From Squalus acanthias (taxonomy: Eukaryota), in NCBI GenBank assembly GCA_030390025.1, contig CM059432.1, positions 106,022,001-106,086,000 of the forward strand: a stretch of DNA of 64,000 nt, read 5' to 3'. The notes under the pieces were generated by a model, which saw only the letters and a program-made list of their open reading frames with translations, did no database searches and was not told where the DNA came from. This document shows, in pieces, positions 22,161 to 32,705 of this stretch. The number at the start of each line of letters is the position of its first letter. Position 1 is the stretch's first letter. Made by a program: the position numbers and the translations under genes.

Positions 22161-23321
22161 CTAGAAGCGGCTTGCTATCAGCCGTTGACGGACGGCCCTT
22201 GCAGTTTCACCATTCTGGGCCGCCCTCCCGCCTTGGTGCTGCTGATGATCATCCTCCTCGTCCTCTTCCTCCTCTTCCTCCTCCTCCTCTGGTGGTGCTA
22301 CAAGGCCTGGTGGCATTGGCTGGGTCCTGACGATTGCCATGTTATGCAACATGCAGCACACAACTACGAAGTTGGATACTCGCTCAGGCGAGTACTGCAG
22401 GGCTCCTCCAGAATGGTCGAGACAGCGGAACCGTTGCTTCAGCACGCCGATTGTGCGCTCAATGATGTTCCTGGTAGCTTGATGGCTCTCATTGTACCGC
22501 AGCTCAGCAGGGGTGTTGGGCGTACGGAGCGGTGTCATCAGCCAGGTGCTCAATGCGTACCCCTTGTCCCCGAGAAGCCAACCAACTGGCTGATGCGGTG
22601 CCTCGAAAAGTTCTGCCACAGTAGTCTGGCGCAGGATGAAAGCATCGTGGCAGCTGCCAGGATAGTGGGCATTGACAGCGAGTATCAGCTGTCTGTGGTC
22701 ACAGACCAACTGAACATTCAAGGAATGGAACCCCTTTCTGTTCCGGAATTCCTCGGCATTCTCATGTGGAGCACGCAAAGCCACATGCGTGCAGTCAATG
22801 GCGCCCTGCACCATGGGGAAGCCCGCTATCCTCGCAAAGCCCAGAGCGCGGTCACGCTGCTTGTCTGGGGTCATGGGGAAAGAGATGAACTCTCGTCTCC
22901 TTTTAAAGAGGGCATTTGTGACCTGCCGGATGCAGCAATGCACCGCGAACTGGGAGATATTGGCGAGGTCCCCAGCAGCAGCTTGAAATGAGCCAGTAGC
23001 ATAGAAGTTGAGAGCCACTGTGACCTTCACTGCTACCGACAGAGATGTCCTGGACCTCAGTTGAGGCTGCAGATCTGGCTGCAGCAGGTGGCAGAGCTCA
23101 GTGACCACCTCCTTGCTGAATCGCAGCCTTCGCAAACACAGCTCCGCAGACATATGAATGTAGGAGAGCTGTTCACGATATACCCTGGGAGGGTAAGCTC
23201 TCCTGTACATACGCCTGTTGGCCCTCCTCCGTCTGGCCATCATTGCCACTCTCTCTCTGCGTCTCTGTGTCCTCCGATTCAGCTGGAGCAGGACGACGCC
23301 CCCAATCAGTGCAGCCCCCAT
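22161..23321 (-). CDS. Harbinger DDE transposase, copy 2, intact 386 aa
   Basis: Same catalytic motifs as copy 1; about 17 amino-acid differences counted by eye. Confidence 0.95.
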   Translation of the reverse strand: MGAALIGGVVLLQLNRRTQRRRERVAMMARRRRANRRMYRRAYPPRVYREQLSYIHMSAELCLRRLRFSKEVVTELCHLLQPDLQPQLRSRTSLSVAVKVTVALNFYATGSFQAAAGDLANISQFAVHCCIRQVTNALFKRRREFISFPMTPDKQRDRALGFARIAGFPMVQGAIDCTHVALRAPHENAEEFRNRKGFHSLNVQLVCDHRQLILAVNAHYPGSCHDAFILRQTTVAELFEAPHQPVGWLLGDKGYALSTWLMTPLRTPNTPAELRYNESHQATRNIIERTIGVLKQRFRCLDHSGGALQYSPERVSNFVVVCCMLHNMAIVRTQPMPPGLVAPPEEEEEEEEEDEEDDHQQHQGGRAAQNGETARAVRQRLIASRF

Positions 23322-23911
23322 AGTCTCTTTGCAAGCAAAGTTATGAAGGACAGCAACCAAAGTAGCAGCGAAGTTAGGATCAGTAGGCAAAACTACCTCA
23401 CAAAGCGTTGACTCAATGCAGAAGTCTCTCTTTCTCTCTCTCCGAATCTCTCTCTCTCTCTCTCAGAACGAGTGGTGCAAAAATGTCAACCACAGAAAAA
23501 GACAGGAAGAGGCCCCCTTTAAATAGCGCCCCCCCCAGCCCCACAGCGATTGATAGCGTTCCAGTCTTCCAGTCGTTGGATGCGCCAGGCGGTAAGGCAG
23601 GGGGCGCCACTCAATTTCCGCTCTGGGGCGCCACAAGGGCGTTGCAGCATGGAATGACGTCACAATCTGCGCGCGCAGGTGGTCGCAGCGGTAAGGTTTA
23701 GCGCCGCCGCACAATGTCTAGTTAAGTTCCCAAGTGGCGCAAACATCGCTGCGCCCGGGCGCTAGCGGCTTTGCGCCCCATTAGCGCCCTCTTAAGGCGC
23801 TAACGGGAGGCGCAACCAACTGAATTTTTACCCCTATGTCTTCTAATGTATTACTGGCTTTTCACTATTCTGATGAATATCATAGAACAGTAATTTAAAT
23901 AAATCCCCTCA

Positions 23912-23968
23912 TTGTCATTACCTATCTTCATTGCCATTACCTATCTTCATTGCCATTACCTATCTTCA
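23912..23968. repeat. 19-bp tandem repeat x3
   Basis: ttg(t/c)cattacctatcttca three times. Confidence 0.85.
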
Positions 23969-24626
23969 GTTCCTTGGTATAATACAATTGAAGAGCTATT
24001 TATTGCTTGAAGACAGCTTCTCAAGATACTTCATTGGCACATTGTGAGTAATGAACTCAAGCATTGGACAGGTCAGCTCAGACTGCTCTGGCCAGAGCAA
24101 CAAAGGCAAGAGCTGAGAGAAAGATTAATTCCCTCTCTGCTTTTTTTTAGATGGAAAATGGTGCTAGGCACAGGAAGGTGAAGGACAAGGAGGGGAACAG
24201 GAATGATCTGGGGAAAAAACAACCTCTCTGTTATGCATTGACTCTTAGGTTCAACATCCTCTGTGTGATTTACTGTCCATCATTGTTTACAGAAGTATTT
24301 AAATCCATATCTGAATCAACCTTCAAAACATTGATTGTAAAGTACACTGCGAACTTTAGGAATTTGGCACTCCTGCTTGAAAACATACTGAAAGTATTTG
24401 AGTATAATATATACCCAATACTCTGGGCAGTAAACTTCAGGAAAGTATTAGTATTTTGATACAGTTTAGCTTCTGTATATGCACTTCCCACTTTTGAATT
24501 TCTTGGGAGGCAAAATTGTACTCCAAGATGTATGGTATATTGGCTAAGTTTTCCATCAGTATGTAATGGTTATGGATGCATTCTGGCATAAAACCACGAG
24601 TACAACTCAGGAGTCAGATAACTGAT

Positions 24627-26146
24627 TATTTATTTATTTATTTTTATTCGTTTTATGGGATGTGTGTGTCGCTGGCAAGGCCAGCATTTATTGCCCATCC
24701 TTAATTGCCCTTGAGAAGGTGATGGTGAGCCGCCTTCTTGAACCGCTGCAGTGCGTGTGATGAAAGTATTCCCACAGTGCTGTTAGGGAGGGAGTTCCAG
24801 GATTTTGACCCAGCGACGATGAAGGATCAGTGATATACTTCTAAGTCAGGGTGGTGTGTGACTTGGAGGGGTACTTGGAGGTGGTGGTGTTCCCATGCGC
24901 CTGCTGCCCTTGTCCTTCTAGGTGGTAGAGGTCGCGGGTTTGGGAGGTGTTGCCGAAGAAGCCTTGGTGAGTTACTGCAGTGCATCTTGTAGATGGTACA
25001 CACTGCAGCCACGGTACGCCGGTGGTGGAGGGAGTGAATGTTTAAGGTGGTGGATGGGGTGCCAATCAAGCAGGCTGCTTTGTCTTGGTTGGTGTCTAGT
25101 TTCTTGAGTGTTGTTGGAGCTGCACTCATCCAGCCAAGTGGAGAATATTCCATCACACTCCTTACTTGTGCCTTGTAGATGGCTTTGGAGAGTCAGGAGA
25201 TGAGACTCTCGCCGCAGAATACCTAGCCTCTGACCTGCTCTTGTTGCCACAGTATTTATGTGGCTGGTCCAGTTAAGTTTCTGGTCAATGGTGATCCTCA
25301 GGATGTTGATAGTGGGGGATTCGGCGATGGTAATGGCGTTGAATGTCAAGGGGCAGTGGTTAGACTCTCGCTTGTTGGAGATAGTCGTTGCCTGGCACTT
25401 CTGTGGCGCGAATGTTACCTGCCACTTATCAGTCCAAGCCTGAACGTCGTCCAGGTCTTGTTGCATGCGAGCATGGACTGCTTCATTATCTGAGGAGTTG
25501 TGAATGGCGCTGAACACTGTGCAGTCATCAGCGAACATCCCCATTTCTGACCTTATGTTGGAGGGAAGGTCATTGATGAAGCAGCTGAAGATGGTTGGGC
25601 CTAGGACACTGCCCTGAGGAACTCCTGCAGTGATGTCCTGGGGCTGTGATGATTGACCTTCAACAATCACAACCATTTTCCTTTGTGCTAGGTATGACTC
25701 TAGCCAGTGGAGAGTTTTCCCCCCGATTCCCCATTGATTTCAGTTTTACTAGGGCTCCTTGATGCCACAATCGGTCAAATGCTGCTTTGATGTCAAGGGC
25801 AATCACTCTCACCTCACCTCTGGAATTCAGCTCCTTTGTCCATGTTCGGACCAAGGCTGTAATGAGGTCGGGAGCAGAGTGGTCCTGGCGGAACCCAAAC
25901 TGGGCATCAGTGAGCAGGTTATTGGTGAGTAACTGCCACTTGATAGCACTGTTGATGACACCTTCCATCACATTGCTGATGATTGAGAGTAGACTGATGG
26001 GGCGGTAATTGGCCGGATTGGATTTGTCCTGCTTTTTGTGGACAGGACATACCTGGGCAGTTTTCCACATTGTTGGATAGATGCCAGTGTTGTAGCTGTA
26101 CTTGGCTAGAGCCGCGGCCAGTTCTGGAGCACAAGTCTTCAGCACA
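24627..26146 (-). mobile_element. 5'-truncated family-B LINE (RT and 3' end), degenerate
   Basis: CAPELAAALAK, NYRPISLLS, ALDIKAAFD, GVPQGSVLGP, FADD. Homologous to 8940-10461. A-rich tail. Confidence 0.92.
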
Positions 26147-26240
26147 ATATCAACAGGTAAGAGACCAGTTTCATGAGGTAGCCTCACATCACCTGAGTTT
26201 CGCATCAGGTACTGTGCAGTTGTAGCCTGGTGCGAAAGGA

Positions 26241-28308
26241 GGGGCTTGATTTTAACCCAGAACGAGATTTGGGCAGGTGGGAGTCAAGACAAAAGTCAAA
26301 TGCACCCACTGGCCTAAATTTCAGGCTTAGGGTATTTTAACTCTCGGGTCTCATTAACATAATATTGGCGGGCTTCCTACCTAATCAGGATGGGAACGGG
26401 AAGCCTGTCCATTTTCTGTGCGGAATATCCAGCGAGCCTCCAGAGGCCTATTTAAAGCGAGAATGCACCTCTTAGAATGAGGTTGCACTCCCTTCTGGCA
26501 TATTGTTCTGTAAGATTGCTGGAATAAGATTTTCTGCACAAGTAAGTCAGAAGCAAGCCCTCAGGTTCTCTGAGGCCTCCTTAGCGATACTGTTGGTCTG
26601 CAGTGTATTTTCATAGGACTTTCTGAGTCTGCAATGTCAGTATGTCACTCATATAAAACTTGGCTGACTGATGTCAATGTCCTTTAACACAGGATTAAGG
26701 GAGTGGTGAAGGATTGTTAATCCAAAGGGGCTTTGTGTAACTTTTCAGGGAAGGGGTATGAGCAGGTTACCAGAAGCACTGTTCTATCAACTGATCCCTG
26801 GCCTCTCTGGCTGCAATGCGTGTGCTCGCACTCTTTCTTCTGTTTCTCCTTCACCTTCACCAATTCATCATCCTCTGCCTCCTTCAACTGCAATCCTCTC
26901 TGTATTTTCATGTTGTGCAACATGTAACGCACTACATTGATGCAACAGACTTTATGTGGGGCATATTGTACGCATCCCCCAGACCTATCCAGGCTCCTGA
27001 ACCTTTGTTTCAATAACCCAATAGTGTGCTCAGTGATGTTCCTGGCGGTCCCATGGCCGTGATTGTACCTGAGCTATTCAAGCATGATACGGTTGTGTAG
27101 GGCAGTCATCAGCCATGTGTGTAGGGGCTAGCCCATGTCTCCAAGCAGCCATCCTCTTCCGTTCCTTGAAGGGTGGAATAGTGCGAGCATGAATGCCTGT
27201 CGCAGGATGAAGGCATTATGACAGCTGCCTGCAAAACTAGCACAGACTTGCATGATCCATCTGTGGTGATGATACATCAGCTCGACATTAATTGAGTGAT
27301 AGCCCTTCCTGTTGATGAAAGCTGCAGGCTCATCATCTGGTGTCTTGATGGCGACATGAATGCAGTCTATAACGCCTTGAACACAAGGGAAGCCAGCCAC
27401 TGTTACAAATCATTTTGAATGTTGGCGTCCATGGGAATGGTGATATATTGGTTGGCCCTAGAAAATTGGTAACCTGCTTGATGCAGCTGTGCATTACAGA
27501 CTGGGAGATGTGGGTGATGTCCCCTGTAACAGCCTGGAAGGAGCCTGAGGCAAAAAAGTTAAGGGCGGTGGTGACTTTGACAGCCACTGGCAAAGCATGT
27601 GCCAACAGACAACAGGAGGCTGCATAGATCAGCAACAGCCTGCCTGTGAAGCACAGCCTCCTGATGAGCTGCTCCTCAGACATATTCAGGAAAGTGTCTC
27701 TATGGATTGGTTAAAGCCTTCTACGAGCCGTCCCCTCACCTGCTGCCTTACCCTGCTTGTTGAGGCTGTTGCTGTTGCTGCTCCTCTTCCTACAACTGTT
27801 CCTCCATCCAAAACAATGAAGTACAAATGGCATCCATGATAAACTGTGAGAGCTTAATTAGGGAAAGTAAGGCAGAAAAAAGATAGAAACAAGCAATCTC
27901 CAAGCTCAAATATCTGTTGGATATCCAATAAGCACAATAGGACACCTATCTGTATGATGTTAGTGCCTGCAGCTGAGTGTCCCTTTAAATAGTGCTTCCA
28001 GTGCGTCAATCAGAGCCTGAAGCCAATCCCACAATGTTTTACTCAGTAGGTTGGCCGCTAGGTGGGGCTTCAGTCCCGCCAAGTTAAAAACGAGTCTGGG
28101 TCCTAATTACATCATACAACTGCGATGGCATGTATTCATGAGGCTCCTGCTTTTTCCCGGTGGTTTCCTCAACCACCTAAATGAAGTGAAGAGTTAAAAT
28201 TGCGGCCAACGCAATTACAGCAGGAGTGGGGTGATAAGTCAAATCAATCAATTTTAACGGCACCCCCCCATTCCTGCCACATGGCGTAGGTTAAAATGGG
28301 ATGGCCCC
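26241..28308 (-). mobile_element. Old degenerate Harbinger element (transposase relic)
   Basis: Fragments [52 protein letters not shown]. Imperfect TIR GGGGC..ATTTTAACC at both ends. Confidence 0.85.
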
Positions 28309-29515
28309 AAGGTTTAAATAACTGAGGTCATTTTCTGGCTCAGTTGGCAATTTTTAAATTTACAATGTTTTTAATGTTGGTTCTCTCCTAACATTAAAAT
28401 GTAGCTGGCATTTGGCAACTGGTGAGTGGAGCTCTGTGCATATGAGCAGGCATGAATGCACAGAGCCCCACTGTCTCTGGCCAGACAGCAATTAACTGGG
28501 TCTGCCAGTGGCGCATCATACTCGACAGGTACTGATCTGCTATCTGTAATATCGTTGGTCCCTTAAGCAACAACAGCTCTGTTGTTGGCAAATTTTGGTC
28601 GATGCAGATATTTCTTGGGTTCAGTGGCATCAGTCACCCCAGTATGGGAGTGGACTCACACTGCCCTCTATCTACTTGTACAATGACATAACCTCGGGAG
28701 ATTAAAATAGCGCCCACTGGTGCCCTAGACTGGAATTTTGTGTTTCTTCATACATGTGCCACTTCAATCTCTCAAAAAACACCAAGGAAACACTTGATGA
28801 GACAAGGCGAAATATGTAATATTGAAAAGTCTAAAGACAGATGCATATTGTTAATCTACTGAGGAACATCAAGGAGTAGAGCAGTTCCAAAAACCATTGA
28901 GCTTGATTGTCATCTGATTTTTATTTTAAGTCAATACGATATGGGTATGGATATGGATGTTATCATTACTGCATGATAAAAAGACAATATTGATAGGTGC
29001 ATTATACCTGTGATAGTCTTGCTGCTAATAGGTAAAATATTTTTGAAAACCTTGGTATTTAACTCACTGGGAAAATTAAGGTAGGCAATAGTCAGTTAAC
29101 AGCTGTCTTTAGTGGCTATGAAACAATACAGTCTTAAATCTATTTAAAGCATTAATTGTTATAATTGTTATTTTCCTCCTATTTTAAAATGATTTTTATT
29201 CTCCCCATTTTAGCCCCTCCGCATAGTATGGACCATTTGTCCTCTGTCAACGCCAATCTTGAATCATCCCTTAGGAAGTTCATAAGAAAGGTTTAGGTTG
29301 AATCATCCTCTAACCTTAAAGGAAGCATCTTGCTTCCATTCTATGTCTCCCATGGGGCCCAAATGAGATTAAGAATTTATCATATAGGGACTCTGCAATC
29401 CACCACTCTTCTTATATTATTTCCCATAGAATTTAGTTCAACAGTAAAATTACTGAATTGAGTGGTTGATTTATACTTTTTTAAGTATAGGTGAGGAGGA
29501 AGTGTTAAATCTGTA

Positions 29516-30154
29516 GGGCCCAAGATTTGAACAGCACTGTTGTTGTGCCATTGCAACTGAGGCAGCCTGGGACTTCTGCCCACCTTTAGCGAGTGACACT
29601 GACCCAGCTGAAAATTGTGGCGTCAGCTAATTTATAGGAAGAGCGTGCAAGCGGTGTAAATACAGCTCCCAATGCCTCAGATACTCTGGGGTGTGGAGGT
29701 AGTGGTGGGCACTGGAAAATAATGCAACAGTGGAAGAAAAGACCCAAATGGGCTGTGCAGAGGGGGACCAGAAAATACCTAAAGGGGCAGTAGGGAATGG
29801 GGGGTGTTGGGTAGAGTGACGGGGGCAGGGGAGTGGAGAACAGAGGGGTGGTAGAAGAGGGAGTGGAGTGAGGTAGGGGAATGAGGGAGCTATAAAACTT
29901 CCTGCTATTTAAAAAGTAATGGCAGCACTGGAGCAAGATTGAAGGAACGAACGGCAAACTTCATGGAGCCCGACCTGCATGTCCTGCTAACAGCAATACA
30001 GAACAGGTCAAGGGGCCAGAAACACACCAGATTTGTGGTAGACACTTTGAGGAGGGAGATTACTGTGGCAGTGAATGCCACTTCCTTGAGCCACAGGATG
30101 TCTTTGCAGAGCAGGAAGAAGTTTAATGACCTCACCAGAGCAGCCACGGTAAGC
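29516..30154 (+). mobile_element. Harbinger Myb/SANT exon-1 relic
   Basis: KERTANFMEPDLHVLL..RKKFNDLTRAAT followed by GTAAGC donor. Left boundary approximate. Confidence 0.6.
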
Positions 30155-31125
30155 TATCTGCTCTCCTCGGCCCTTCTTTGCAGTCTTTTTATCTGTGTGG
30201 TACTCCTTCATTCATTATCCCCATGGTGTCAGAGGTGAGAGTGGGATCTGACAATGGGGAGAGGAGGCTCCACAGAAGTCAATCCTTGGTTCCCAGGTCA
30301 GTGGCCTCTGATCGCCTGAGCACTACTGTAAGAATATGATTATTTTGAGGGATCAGGCATTGCAAGAATTAAATTACCCCAAGCTTTTTGTTAGAACTGC
30401 TATTCTGTAGAATCCACAGCTTTCAGATTGCAGGTGCTAGGTGCATCGTGAATGGCCTTGTTTATGGCTGAATTGCCCTTGTTTTTGCTAGAAAGCCTAG
30501 GGAAGAGAACTGGGGAGGCTCTGAGCTGTCTCAGTCTTATCTCTTATCTGGTTCTTGTATGCGGGAAAGTGAGCCACCAAAACATAACCAGCTAAATTCC
30601 TTTTTACTAATTTGCAGTATTCAGAGTTGCTAGACCGCAGTTTAATATTAAGATTGCCATTTCATAGCTTTAGTAAGTTAGTATAGTTTTATTAATATGA
30701 TTCTTATTCCTGTTAGAATTAGGTTAAAACATGTTAAAAACCAAATTCTAAATAAAACCCGTTGTCACCAAGGTCCTGGGTTACGTCATCACCATGGAAA
30801 CAGAAAAAGCTTGTGCTAAAGCTCAGATAAGGGAAGCCCAAGGCCTGTGCTGGCCACAGACCTTTCCGGGCTCCTGATTGGGTAGAATGGGGGGTGTGGG
30901 AGGTACATGATTGGATAGATCTTCCTGTAGTTCTGGTTCTTGGTTGTGTTTGCATCCTTCTCAGCGTAGCAGGGTCAGGAAGGGCACCGACCGGACAGGT
31001 GCAGACACATATGTAAGTAGAAGGAACGAGGAATGGGACACTCCTACTACCCAAAGGACAATAATGGATAATATAATTCTCAATTGAATTTTGTAAACTG
31101 CTGCTGATTGAATTTTGTAAACTGC

Positions 31126-32213
31126 AGCCGATTGGATAAGTAACTGGCTATCTCATAGAAGGCAGAGGGTGGTGGTGGATGGAACATTTTCGGACTGGAG
31201 ACCAGTTACCAGCGGTGTGCCACAGGGGTCGGTGCTGGGTCCTCTGCTGTTTGTGATTTTTATCAATGACTTGGAGGAGGGGACTGAAGGGTGGATCAGT
31301 AAATTTGCTGATGACACCAAGATTGGTGGAGTAGTGGATGAGGTGGAGGGCAGTTGTAGGCTGCAAAGAGACATTGATAGGATGCAGAGCTGGGCCGAAA
31401 AATGGCAGATGGAATTTAACCCTGATAAGTGCGAGGTGATTCATTTTGGTAGGGCAAATGTGAATAAGGATTACAGGGTCAACGGCAGGGTTCTGAGGAA
31501 CGTGGAGGAGCAGAGGGATCTGGGGGTTCATATCCACAGATCTCTGAAGGTTGCCACTCAAGTGGATAGAGCAGTAAAGAAGGCCTATGGTGTGTTGGCG
31601 TTTATTAACAGAGGGTTTGAGTTTAAGAACCGTGAGGTTATGCTGCAACTGTACAGGACCTTGGTGAGACCACATTTGGAATATTGTGTGCAGTTCTGGT
31701 CACCTCACTATAGGAAGGACGTGGAAGCATTGGAAAGAGTGCAAAGGAGATTTACCAGGATGCTGCCTGGTTTGGGGGGGAGGTCTTATGAGGAAAGATT
31801 GAGGGAGTTGGGGCTTTTCTCTTTAGAGCGAAGGAGGATGAGAGGCGACTTAATAGAGGTTTATAAGATGATGAGGGGGATAGATAGAGTGGATGTTCAG
31901 AGACTATTTCCTCGGGTAGAGGCAGCTGTTACAAGGGGGCATAACTATAAGGTGCATGGGGGGAGATATAGAAGGGATGTCCGAGGTAGATTCTTTACTC
32001 AGAGAGTGGTTGGGGTGTGGAATGGACTGCCTGCTGTGATAGTGGAGTCGGACACTTTAGGAACTTTCAAGCGGTTATTGGATAAGCACATGGAGCACAC
32101 CAGAGTGATAGGGAGTGTGATAGCTTGATCTTGGTCTCGGACAATGCTCGGCACAACATCGAGGGCCGAAGGGCCTGTACTGTGCTGTACTGTTCTATGT
32201 TCTATGTTCTATG
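31126..32213 (+). mobile_element. 5'-truncated CR1 LINE with open RT C-terminal frame
   Basis: ORF 31169-32128 with GVPQGSVLGP, KFADDTK, RPHLEYCVQFW. (GTTCTAT)3 tail. Confidence 0.95.
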
Positions 32214-32544
32214 CTCGAATACTGTAATGTATTAAGTCTCACTTATGCTTAAATAAAATCATAACTGTTACCAATATGGAGTCAACTTTGAACCTTTGAA
32301 CAGACAATCCTAAGGGACTCAAATTTTTTCTCACAATATTCTAAAAATAAGGGTGCTGGATAAGCACCACAATCACAGAAATTCAATTAGGTTTAGGTAC
32401 ATTGAAATCAGATAGTTTTTGAACTCGGGCTGCCTGACCTAGGTATGGAGCAAGGAAAATCAGCTCCTGTATGTCATTGACATGGAACAAGATAAAACTA
32501 TTTTCCCCAGTAAATCCTGTTACATAAAATTCAATGAAATACCT

Positions 32545-32688
32545 CTGCCTGGAATTTCTGTGAGGGCTCCCTGACCTACTGCTGTACTTCAACGGAGAAA
32601 TGGCATAAACAGCCAATCACATATTTTCTCCAGGGGTTCTGCCAAAGTTATGGCGAGATCAGGAAAACCCTGCGTAAATTCTCTCCCC
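32545..32688. mobile_element. Degenerate short MITE (family of 36163-36320)
   Basis: Imperfect palindrome ending aaattctctcccc; internal similarity (aaagttatggcgagatcagga) to the other short MITEs. Confidence 0.45.
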
Positions 32689-32705
32689 AATCTTTGAAAT
32701 ATATA

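Larger units (their letters stand above)
17041..23834 (-). mobile_element. Full-length PIF/Harbinger transposon, copy 2 (inverted relative to copy 1), carrying a Penelope-like insertion
   Basis: Ends GGGGGAAAAATT and AATTTTTACCCC. TSD TAT (17038-17040, 23835-23837). Colinear with the reverse complement of copy 1 apart from the insert. Confidence 0.95.

Noticed and set aside
22056..22991. 311-aa ORF antisense to the transposase (268 aa in copy 1)
   Set aside because: No recognisable motif, lengths differ between copies, and it is explained as the shadow of GC-rich coding sequence.
10549..23834. Whole inverted pair inserted as one composite transposon
   Set aside because: Each copy has its own TSD, and the outer flanks (ATA vs TAT) are not a direct repeat.
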